Shown piece after piece: positions 50,751 to 59,345 of a stretch of 64,000 nucleotides of DNA. The stretch comes from Candidatus Latescibacterota bacterium (lineage in GTDB: Bacteria; Latescibacterota; UBA2968), in contig OZ220741.1 of assembly GCA_965116885.1 (NCBI GenBank), positions 1,408,001 to 1,472,000 of the forward strand. The letters run 5' to 3'. The first letter of the stretch is position 1; each line of letters begins with the position of its first letter. Position numbers and translations under genes: made by a program. The notes under the pieces were generated by a model. It was given only the letters and a program-made list of their open reading frames with translations. It did not search any database and was not told the DNA's origin.

Positions 50751-51752
50751 CTAAGGGTTTTCGGTTTCCATTACAAGTTTACTCACTCGATCAATTTCTT
50801 GCTCCTTATGTTTTTGCAGATTGCGGAGCAAAACGGACATTTCAGATATGCTATGGTCAATCGCAATCTCCCAGTCCGTGCAGGGTACCTGATGAACATA
50901 AGACAATGCCTGTCTATAGCAATCTATTGCATGATCGAGAATTTCTTCTGCCAGCCCTGTAAAGTAAATCATACGCGCAAGTTCTTCCAGGGTAACGGAT
51001 TCTAATTTTTCGTGAAGCTCCTTTCTGTCAATGATTTGAGACAAAAGGTACGAATATCTGCCAGCGATAAAGTCATCTCTCCAATTTTTAAGATCATTAT
51101 GAAATTGTAAGCCCGTAAAAAAGGCATCTAAGGATTTTTCAAGAAGACGGATCAATTCCGGTGAGTCAGACAAACAGGCTAAAGCAGTTGTCACCATCTG
51201 GATTGTGGCGGCTTTACCAGAGGCAATATCAAACGCCTCATCCAATGAATAAAATGTGGGATTATTCCATTTTGTTCTTTCTTGTAGTGTTGCAGCAATG
51301 GCGCGACGCTGATACTTTTTGGCAAAGGCCCAAAAATCCGAACCTGGGGGGAATAAGTCATTGAGAAGACCAAACGCATGATCTCTCAAAAGAGAAGCAA
51401 AAAAATAGGCATCTACTTTGAGAGTCTCCCGCTCATCAAAAACATCATCCATATACGATGTGTAGATGTATAATGACCGATTGACAAAATACAATTTCTG
51501 CTGTGTGTCTTCGTCCAGGACAAATACCTCCGAGAACTGCGATGTAAAGGAAGTATGTACATCAGTGGATAGAAATACGGGATATTGTTTTAGGGCAGCC
51601 TCCAGATCATATTCTTCACATATCTGAGACATAAATTGATAAAATTCGACTTCGGATTTTTTGATTGAGATATCATCTTGAAGACCAAAGTTCAGTGAAG
51701 CAATTTCATCCTCAATAGAGGCAAAGGGGTCTGATGGCAAATGTGTATTCAT
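50751..51752 (-). CDS. Class I isoprenoid-synthase-fold protein (candidate ComQ-like peptide prenyltransferase)
   Basis: DDVFD (DDxxD), SGKAA, GLQFHNDLKNWRDD second metal motif. Confidence 0.7.
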   Translation of the reverse strand: MNTHLPSDPFASIEDEIASLNFGLQDDISIKKSEVEFYQFMSQICEEYDLEAALKQYPVFLSTDVHTSFTSQFSEVFVLDEDTQQKLYFVNRSLYIYTSYMDDVFDERETLKVDAYFFASLLRDHAFGLLNDLFPPGSDFWAFAKKYQRRAIAATLQERTKWNNPTFYSLDEAFDIASGKAATIQMVTTALACLSDSPELIRLLEKSLDAFFTGLQFHNDLKNWRDDFIAGRYSYLLSQIIDRKELHEKLESVTLEELARMIYFTGLAEEILDHAIDCYRQALSYVHQVPCTDWEIAIDHSISEMSVLLRNLQKHKEQEIDRVSKLVMETENP

Positions 51753-51809
51753 GTCAAGGTCCTTTTTGAAAACTTTAAAAAGAGATAGGTTTCTGAATCA
51801 ATTCATAAA

Positions 51810-54440
51810 CTACTGCAGGGATATTGAATCACCATTGACAGGCGCGTGACTATGCTGACGTGTCTCCTTGAGGAGTGTATTATTCCCCAAAAGATTGGTG
51901 CAGCCCGAAAGGCTATCAATAAATGAAAGCGTCTGTTCTGTACCATTTAGGTTAAGCTCGTGGGTAAGAGATTTTTGATGGGATAAATGCTGCATAATAC
52001 TGTCTGCGACGCTATCAGGCGTCAGGTCAACCGGATCAATTTTCTTTACCAGTCCCAAATCGGACAGCCTACTTGCTCTGATATCTTGATCTTCAGAGAG
52101 TAAACTCGGTACAAGGAGTGCTGGAGTACTGGTTTCCAGAATATTGACACAAGTATTGTAACCCGCCCGGCTGATTACAAGATTGGCTGCCTGCATCCAT
52201 TGAAGAAAATCAGGTGTATATCGCCTTATATAGAACGGGCCCATTTCACACATTCGTTCCAAAGTCTCGTATTGGTCATCATTGATAAACGGGCCAGGAA
52301 ATATGACCATTTTCCAACCATCCATCTTTCCCTGTTTATGCAGCAATTTCCAGGCTTTGATACAAGGCACAATAAGCTCGTAACCGTCAACACCACCACC
52401 TGCGCTAACCATCACAAAGTTCTCTATGTTCTCATCTGGTTTTCTACATATCCCGTCATGCGGCTTTTCAGAGACATATCCAGTATATACAATCGGTATG
52501 ACAATATCTTCTATCCAGGGGAAATATTCTTTTAGTTGGGTCACGCTCGGATCTCCATGAACAAGCAAGGCATCAAAGTAAGCATTTAATGTCGGACAAA
52601 CTTCCTCATAGTATCTTTTAGCTTTATATAGGTCCTGGTCTTGAGGGGTCAGGAGGTCAGGTCTTTCTACATTAATACTCGAATGAGGCTTAAAAATATC
52701 AGCCGTTCTCGCCCGTAGCGGAATATCGCGCAAAGAGCAGATGATATGAATATCCGGAATTTTTGATTTAACCATTCCCAACAGGTATTGTAATTCTGGG
52801 CGTAGCTTCCATCGACCAAAGGGAAAATGTTCAATCATAATTACATCTGGCTGGATGTCTGTAACCGTCTCTGTCAATTTAATTAGCCTTTTCTCGAAAG
52901 TCTCCCGGATACCTTGATCCTCGTCTTCAGAGGCTAATCCCTCCGGCGTAAGTGAAATAGGCATTAATTGGATTAAATTAATGGATCCCTGCATTTTGAA
53001 ATCGGGAATTGGGCGTCCCCCATTCACAAAGTGAACGTCGTAATTTTGGGATAGTTCACGAGCGATTTGAAGGTTGCGAAAGTGATGGCCCATGCCAACG
53101 AGATGCTGGCTATACAGGATGATACGCTTCCTGCGGGATCTTGATAGTGGCTTGGATGCCCGATGTCGTTTTCCCTGGGTCGCGTGCTTGTATATGGGTT
53201 CATAATTTGCCACTACTTGCTGCCAATCTTTGTGTTCCGAAATCCACTGTCGTGCCCGATGCCCAAGTTCCGCTCTAAGTTGTGTATCTTCAATTAAAGC
53301 CGAGCATTTCTGCGCGAGATTCTCTGGATCATCAGCATTACATATACGCCCCGTCGTGCCGTCATCTATAATTTCCCGAAGCGCAGCCACATCGCTGACA
53401 ATGACGGCTTTTCCCATTGCCATGGCTTCATACGGCTTAATAGGGGTCACCAATTCCGTTACGCGGCTTCGTACTCTGGGTATGACAAAAATATCAATCA
53501 AGGCATAATAGTCGAAAACATCTTCGTGTGGTACCTGTCCTGTAAAGTGTACAACCGAGTCTAAACCCAATTCTGTTGCAAGCCGCTGAAGTGGTTCTAC
53601 CTCATCTCCACCACCAACAATGAGAATTTTAATCTGAGGATGACGAGATAGGAGCATTTTTCCTGCTTTGAGAAGCCAACGAAGACCTTCAAGTTTTCTG
53701 ATTGAACCAATATGTCCGATGGTTACGCTATCGGAACCAAGCCCTAATCGCTCTGCCAAATGGGTTGGGTACGGTCTCGGTGTAAATTTCGATGTATCTA
53801 CACCATTGGGAACAATGAAAATTTTGTCTTCAGGAATCCCTTCTCGGATAAACTCCTCTTTCATTGTTTCAGCCAATGTGACGACCTGATCGGCTCGTTT
53901 CATGGCCTCTACAAACAAAAAGTGTCGGTGCTGATATGCTTTTGAAGAAGTATCAAGGGTTCCTGCAACCACGCCCGTTTCATGCCATAATCCGCGCACT
54001 TCATAGATCACAGGTAGGTTGTATTTGTGTCCGACTTTAGCTGATATTAATGCATTCTGGGCAGGAGAAGCAACATGGATCACCTCGGGTTTGTGAACTT
54101 CGACAACACGAGAAATATGATTCTGAAACTGCCGTTGCAATCCCTCACGATGTAATGCAGCAGAATATCGTGTCTGACGAAAACCAAGGTCATGGAAATG
54201 TTGATCAAGCAATGCCTGGGTCATGTCGTTCAAGTACAATACCCCATCCAGATACTCCTCTTCAACAAGAAATTTACTGTCTATAAGATGAGTGTCTTTG
54301 AAGCGGGTTGCTACAATAGGTTCAAGCCCTATTCTACTCTGGGTATCAAAGATATATTTGCTTCTGATTGTGTAACCCGCCTGTCGAGATCGCAGAGAAT
54401 AATCCAAAACATGTAGGACCTTCATAACTAAACCTTTCAT
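51810..54440 (-). CDS. Fused double glycosyltransferase (GT4 + GT28-C-like)
   Basis: N-half GYTIRS, YEVRGLW, VTPIKPYEAMA; C-half YSQHLVGMGH, EHFPFGR, SAGGG, SRAGYNT, EDQDIRA. Confidence 0.88.
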   Translation of the reverse strand: MKGLVMKVLHVLDYSLRSRQAGYTIRSKYIFDTQSRIGLEPIVATRFKDTHLIDSKFLVEEEYLDGVLYLNDMTQALLDQHFHDLGFRQTRYSAALHREGLQRQFQNHISRVVEVHKPEVIHVASPAQNALISAKVGHKYNLPVIYEVRGLWHETGVVAGTLDTSSKAYQHRHFLFVEAMKRADQVVTLAETMKEEFIREGIPEDKIFIVPNGVDTSKFTPRPYPTHLAERLGLGSDSVTIGHIGSIRKLEGLRWLLKAGKMLLSRHPQIKILIVGGGDEVEPLQRLATELGLDSVVHFTGQVPHEDVFDYYALIDIFVIPRVRSRVTELVTPIKPYEAMAMGKAVIVSDVAALREIIDDGTTGRICNADDPENLAQKCSALIEDTQLRAELGHRARQWISEHKDWQQVVANYEPIYKHATQGKRHRASKPLSRSRRKRIILYSQHLVGMGHHFRNLQIARELSQNYDVHFVNGGRPIPDFKMQGSINLIQLMPISLTPEGLASEDEDQGIRETFEKRLIKLTETVTDIQPDVIMIEHFPFGRWKLRPELQYLLGMVKSKIPDIHIICSLRDIPLRARTADIFKPHSSINVERPDLLTPQDQDLYKAKRYYEEVCPTLNAYFDALLVHGDPSVTQLKEYFPWIEDIVIPIVYTGYVSEKPHDGICRKPDENIENFVMVSAGGGVDGYELIVPCIKAWKLLHKQGKMDGWKMVIFPGPFINDDQYETLERMCEMGPFYIRRYTPDFLQWMQAANLVISRAGYNTCVNILETSTPALLVPSLLSEDQDIRASRLSDLGLVKKIDPVDLTPDSVADSIMQHLSHQKSLTHELNLNGTEQTLSFIDSLSGCTNLLGNNTLLKETRQHSHAPVNGDSISLQ

Positions 54441-54565
54441 AATGAACTCTGAATAAACCGTGAGTGAGGTTTTTTAGGGATGATGTCCCGCTATCATCAC
54501 GATAAGGCCGTCTGCCTTGGTGAAATACAAATTCGGATAGTGCATCGCCTATAGACACCGGAATA

Positions 54566-57500
54566 TTATGGCGCGAAAGGGTGGCGTGGTGTGATTTTAT
54601 CCACAAAACGCCATCGTACCGCATCGGCATACAAGGTCCCCTTTGCGCGGTCAGACAATTCGACTACAGCCTCTACTCCCTCGACAAATTTGTATCGCCC
54701 CAGGTGATTCCAGCCCGCTTTCATAAGATCGCGCTCCATTTCAAGCGTATCGACCTTATCCGCGTGAAAAACAGTAAGTGTAAAGGTCGTACCAATGCCC
54801 TCGCGCCTGGCTATTGCGGGATCGGGAAAATAGAAGCCCACATCAAACTCGCCATCTCTGGGGATTCGCGCGGCCCACACAGCCGGCTGTGCGCCATCGC
54901 CCGGTTTCTTTTGCCGATAATTTTTTGTATACCGCCCATAAGCTGTCGGCAGGCTACGCTCGCGCCAGTTGCCCCCTTCAAGACCGGGACGAGAGTAGCG
55001 CGTCGTTCGCCGAATCGGCATTGAAAATCCCTTGTCGTCATTATCTACAATGATCTCAAAAGGCCCCATATCTGCACGGATTACATCCCCTTCTCCTGTC
55101 ACATCTTTGAGATAGGCCATGGGAGTCCCCCCTGTAACCTGTTCAGGAACGCGCACAGGAGAGATAAGCGGTTGGCGATTGCGTGCAAAAAAGGGTTCGA
55201 CGATCACCCGCAAGGGTTGCTCCCACAGCACCATCGAAACTTCGATTTCCTGACCGCCTTCAATCTCTACGCCCTTTACTGCCTCATCATTTTGACCAAT
55301 GGCCGTGATTTGCACATAGCCCCTGCCGGGTTCGCTATTCTTAATGCGCACAATCAGTTGGTAAACTAGCGTTCCGGAGCCATCGTCTACCTTCAAGGCT
55401 TTTACACTTGTCAATTTATAGCCCGGGATTTCCGTGCTATATATCCAATCTTTAACCAGACGCTGTAATCTCTGGCGATTTTCATCTTCGGTGTAGCCTG
55501 CGGCGGCACGTTCAAAGGTCGAAAAATCGATGTCCTTGTATTTGTAATTCTGGCTAATGTCGGCCAAGAAGGTGCGGAATGTTTCTTCACCCAAAAAGGA
55601 GGCGAACATCCCAAAGAGTGCAGGCCCCTTGGCGTCGAGAGCCTGGCGATAAAGGTCCGCCTCCTGTTCGGGATCTAAATCGGCAAATGACTTGCCCTGC
55701 ATCTCGGCAATCAGCTTGTTCCAAGCTCTCGTTTTTCTTCTGCTTATAAACGCCGCCTCGCGCGCCCTGTCACTGTTGCGTCGTTGGCTTGGGTAAAAAG
55801 CGGCTGTTAGATCGGTTCTCAAGTCATTCTGTAGATACATGGGCAGACCCTTTTTAAGCAGGGCATAATGGTCGCCCACAAACTGCTTGTCATAAGCCCA
55901 GAGTTGAAAAACAGGGCTACGAAACAGTCCATTGGATTTTATTGCCGCGTTTTCTTCAGAAAAAAAAGTTGAAAAAATGGCGCGTATCAAAATATCCTTT
56001 TTAACATTTTTGGGATCTTGATTCGATTGCTTTTGTTTCTTTTGGATAACCACCTGCCGCAAGAGCACATCTTCTTCAATCATCAACACGCCCGGCTGTG
56101 TCAGGCCGCCCTTTTCTTCCCAGCCTTCGTAATACCACTGAATATGGAACGGAACTTCCACCAGTGAAAGGCTCGGATAGGGATATTTCATGCCAGATTC
56201 CTGTTCCATGAGATCCACGATTTGCCCGAGCGCACGCACAATCTCTTTTTTTGCACCTTCAAAAAATTTAATCGGACGCAGATGTGAAGGATGCACGTAA
56301 AGGGCACATTCGATGTCGTGAATGGTGGCGCGATACACGCGATATACACCAGCATTGAGCGATAGGACAGGCACGGGATTTTCAACAACCCATTGGCGGG
56401 TCACTTGTGTGCCGAGGGTATCGGTCTTGCCGATCTGCCCCTGGGTAATGACTTCGAGACCTTTGGGAAATGTGATATGCAAGTTGGCCGTTGAAAAAGA
56501 GACCGGGCGCGCATTTTTATAGCCATAATCAACGCCCGTGACGGGATACCAGCGGCTTCGCGGCGGCAAAAAGATGGACTTGTCGCGAATCCACGCCGTC
56601 AAAGAGCCACTGTACCCCTTATCTTTCCGCAACCTCGGTTTGCCTTTTTCTCGCTTGAGATCAAAACCATCCGTGTTAATATCACCCGCATATGCTAACG
56701 TCAGATCGAGTTTTTGTTCCGATTGCAGGGGGGTAGTGGGCACGACACTAATCACGCTTTCCGTCCGCTCCCATGCTATTGCTCTGCCATCAGCGTGCGT
56801 CAGACTTTGGATTTTGAATCCGGGATTGAGTGAAAGAATCAACGTATCGAGCGGGGATTCGTGAGGATTTCTCAAGCTAATCGTGCCAGAGGTTGTAAGT
56901 AGCTCCTCTCCCAAAAGCGTCAATGCCAGATCGTAATGGGTGATTTCCGCTACGGAAATATGTGCAATCGCTTCCTGCTGCGCGAGCAAGGACTGGCGAT
57001 ACGCTTGCCTATTTCGAGCTTCCGCATCCACATAAAAGTAAAGACCAGCAGCCAATCCAAAACCGGTCAACGCACATCCCCAGCCAAACCACCGCGCAGT
57101 CGCAGAATGTGCAAGACGGGGATATCGATCAATCGCAAATCCCAAAAAACTTATGCCGAGCAAAATGTAAAACACGCGTTGCAAACCCACTTGCGTCATA
57201 TTCCCTATGCCCATCAGGTCCGAATAATCCATGTGGGTCGCAAGAGAAATGAAATCGAAGAGGTCGGGATATTGTTTGCCCAGATATAATATCACAGCGA
57301 GCGAATACGCTGTTGCGACCAAGGCAGCCGCTATTGGACGACGCAGCAAGACGCCTAAAAAAAATGTCAGAGAAGACATAAAAACCAAGGCGGGTAGGTT
57401 CAAGAGCACGAGGTATAAAATATAAGGTTTGACTGTCAGTGGATTGCCCGTCATGCTGATCGTTGCTGCCTGAAGGCCCAGAGTCAAAAACAGGATCCCA

Positions 57501-57856
57501 AGGCTAAAAAAGAAAAGCGCGCTAACCGTGCCCAGATACTTACCCGCAACCAGTTCTGCCGTTGAAATAGGACGCCCGGCAACTACTTCATAAATGTGGG
57601 CATTTTCGTCAGCCGCTCTAAAAGACCCCGCCATAAATGGAATGACAAGGGTTTGAAATAAAGTGTATATAAGAAAAAGAAAGTAAGATTCTTTTCCCGG
57701 AGGCATTCCAAATTCAGTATCTATGGCAAGACGAATGCCGTAATAAACGAAAATGCCCAAGGGGAAGATGCCCAAAATGCGAAATTTTGTAGTTCTCAAA
57801 AGCATTTTGCGCTCATAGCGTGCAACACCAAGTATATTGTTGAGAATAGAGAACAT
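54566..57856 (-). CDS. ABC permease fused to degenerate M1-aminopeptidase-like domain and C-terminal beta-sandwich
   Basis: N-terminal TM block (RPISTAELVAGK); LNPG, WYP, YPY..L.LVEVP M1 scaffold without HExxH; GWNHLG...ADAVRW tail; start MFSILN with AGGAG SD. Confidence 0.75.
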   Translation of the reverse strand: MFSILNNILGVARYERKMLLRTTKFRILGIFPLGIFVYYGIRLAIDTEFGMPPGKESYFLFLIYTLFQTLVIPFMAGSFRAADENAHIYEVVAGRPISTAELVAGKYLGTVSALFFFSLGILFLTLGLQAATISMTGNPLTVKPYILYLVLLNLPALVFMSSLTFFLGVLLRRPIAAALVATAYSLAVILYLGKQYPDLFDFISLATHMDYSDLMGIGNMTQVGLQRVFYILLGISFLGFAIDRYPRLAHSATARWFGWGCALTGFGLAAGLYFYVDAEARNRQAYRQSLLAQQEAIAHISVAEITHYDLALTLLGEELLTTSGTISLRNPHESPLDTLILSLNPGFKIQSLTHADGRAIAWERTESVISVVPTTPLQSEQKLDLTLAYAGDINTDGFDLKREKGKPRLRKDKGYSGSLTAWIRDKSIFLPPRSRWYPVTGVDYGYKNARPVSFSTANLHITFPKGLEVITQGQIGKTDTLGTQVTRQWVVENPVPVLSLNAGVYRVYRATIHDIECALYVHPSHLRPIKFFEGAKKEIVRALGQIVDLMEQESGMKYPYPSLSLVEVPFHIQWYYEGWEEKGGLTQPGVLMIEEDVLLRQVVIQKKQKQSNQDPKNVKKDILIRAIFSTFFSEENAAIKSNGLFRSPVFQLWAYDKQFVGDHYALLKKGLPMYLQNDLRTDLTAAFYPSQRRNSDRAREAAFISRRKTRAWNKLIAEMQGKSFADLDPEQEADLYRQALDAKGPALFGMFASFLGEETFRTFLADISQNYKYKDIDFSTFERAAAGYTEDENRQRLQRLVKDWIYSTEIPGYKLTSVKALKVDDGSGTLVYQLIVRIKNSEPGRGYVQITAIGQNDEAVKGVEIEGGQEIEVSMVLWEQPLRVIVEPFFARNRQPLISPVRVPEQVTGGTPMAYLKDVTGEGDVIRADMGPFEIIVDNDDKGFSMPIRRTTRYSRPGLEGGNWRERSLPTAYGRYTKNYRQKKPGDGAQPAVWAARIPRDGEFDVGFYFPDPAIARREGIGTTFTLTVFHADKVDTLEMERDLMKAGWNHLGRYKFVEGVEAVVELSDRAKGTLYADAVRWRFVDKITPRHPFAP

Positions 57857-57933
57857 GGGATTACTCCTGTTTAAGCGATCAGCTTTCAGCCTCTCCCTCC
57901 ACATCTAAAGGCGAGAAGCGAGCCTTGTTTTCT

Positions 57934-58833
57934 TCATCCCGCGATTTCATCAGCGGTGTTGCTGCCCATAAAATAGAGATATGCATCTTCGAGATTGGGT
58001 GCGACCACTTTGGCATCAGCGGGTGGCTCGCCATCGCCCACCATCCGAACACTCAGGCGATCACCTTCAACATTGACCGTCACCACATGAAACACACGCG
58101 ACAGCTTTTCAAAGTGAGGCTCATCAACACGTATTTGCCACGTCTTGCCATCGGCCTTTGAAATGAGGTCTGATGGAGAGCCGCGAAAGATCAGTTGTCC
58201 ACGATTCAAAATCGCGAGATACTTGCAAGTGCTCGAAATATCACCCACAATATGCGTAGAGATCAAAATTACACGATCGCTGCTCAAGCGACCTAAAATG
58301 CCTCGAAACCGGATGCGTTCTTCCGGGTCAAGCCCCACAGTCGGTTCATCGACAATCAGAAAACCTGGATCGGTCAAAATGGCCTGTGCAATGCCAAGAC
58401 GCCGTATCATGCCACCGGAAAACGTACCCGTGCGCCGCTTGCGTGCATCGTACAACCGGACTTCATTCAATGCTTGTTCAACACGCGCCAAACGCTCGCT
58501 CTTATTGTGGATGCCACCCAAAACAGCCATATAATCAAGAAATTCCCAGGCGGTTAGTTGTCGATAGGTGCCAAAATTTTGTGGCAAATATCCAAGGCGT
58601 CGGCGAATTTCTGTGCGGTCTTTTACCAGATCGAACTCATCCATGGTCACGCTGCCACTCGATGAGTCCATTTGGGTCGATAAAATTTTAATCAGTGTTG
58701 TTTTGCCCGCGCCATTGGGTCCCAGTAGGCCAAATGTTCCGTGAGGAATGCTCAAGGTGATATCGTCCAGGGCAGGCGCATCGCCGCGCCGATATGTTTT
58801 TGTCAGGTTTGAGATGCGAATGACCATCAGCAT
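57934..58833 (-). CDS. ABC transporter ATP-binding subunit
   Basis: GPNGAGKT, FSGGM, IVDEPT, STH. Confidence 0.95.
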   Translation of the reverse strand: MLMVIRISNLTKTYRRGDAPALDDITLSIPHGTFGLLGPNGAGKTTLIKILSTQMDSSSGSVTMDEFDLVKDRTEIRRRLGYLPQNFGTYRQLTAWEFLDYMAVLGGIHNKSERLARVEQALNEVRLYDARKRRTGTFSGGMIRRLGIAQAILTDPGFLIVDEPTVGLDPEERIRFRGILGRLSSDRVILISTHIVGDISSTCKYLAILNRGQLIFRGSPSDLISKADGKTWQIRVDEPHFEKLSRVFHVVTVNVEGDRLSVRMVGDGEPPADAKVVAPNLEDAYLYFMGSNTADEIAG

Positions 58834-58872
58834 GCCTCCTGAATATTTTACGCGATCAAAAAAGTATAAGAA

Positions 58873-58921
58873 TGGTCAAGACCACCTATCTTTTGACAAA
58901 CAATATAAGTGGTCTTGACCA
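58873..58921 (-). terminator. Stem-loop downstream of the precursor gene
   Basis: Perfect 13-bp inverted repeat TGGTCAAGACCAC / GTGGTCTTGACCA, extendable with a G-U pair. Confidence 0.65.
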
Positions 58922-59013
58922 GCAAACTAAGCAAAGACCTCTAACAATAACTTCTACGGCTTGCTCCTACAGTCCTCAATACCACAATATTATTACTGCC
59001 GTAGAGCTCGCTA

Positions 59014-59250
59014 TTAGCTGTCGATCGTGCAGTCGTGTTCTCCACAAGAGCCTCCGCCGATGTCTTTTCCACAGTCATGCCACAGACAAAAGCCATCATC
59101 ATCATCCGTGGTGCAGTCATGAGTGATGCACCACATTTCCAACCTTTCTTCAAGCGCATCAACGACCAGATCCTCATAGAGTTCAGGATACGACGCGATG
59201 TGTGCTTTGAGTTCAATCTCTGAAGAGATGTGAGCAGACAAATTAGCCAT
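59014..59250 (-). CDS. Putative RiPP precursor peptide (39-aa leader + 39-aa Cys/His/Asp core)
   Basis: AGGAGG SD 8 nt upstream; directly after the rSAM gene; core WCITHDCTTDDDDG FCLWHDCGKDIGGG SCGEHDCTIDS. Confidence 0.85.
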   Translation of the reverse strand: MANLSAHISSEIELKAHIASYPELYEDLVVDALEERLEMWCITHDCTTDDDDGFCLWHDCGKDIGGGSCGEHDCTIDS

Positions 59251-59345
59251 GATACTACCCTCCTGGTGTTGAAACGTGAACAGATAACATCGGCGTTTCT
59301 ACTACTTATCACACATAATGCCTCCTTTCTCGAGCGTTATACTTA

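Noticed and set aside
58941..59312. 123-aa ORF overlapping the precursor, with an SD upstream of its GTG and an ANSELY string matching the rSAM N-terminus; the same SD also precedes a 4-codon MCDK
   Set aside because: Reads as an alternate frame of the acidic precursor, which has its own SD and periodic motif. The ANSELY codons differ from the rSAM's and include the precursor's stop codon, so probably coincidence. The role of the upstream SD is unresolved.
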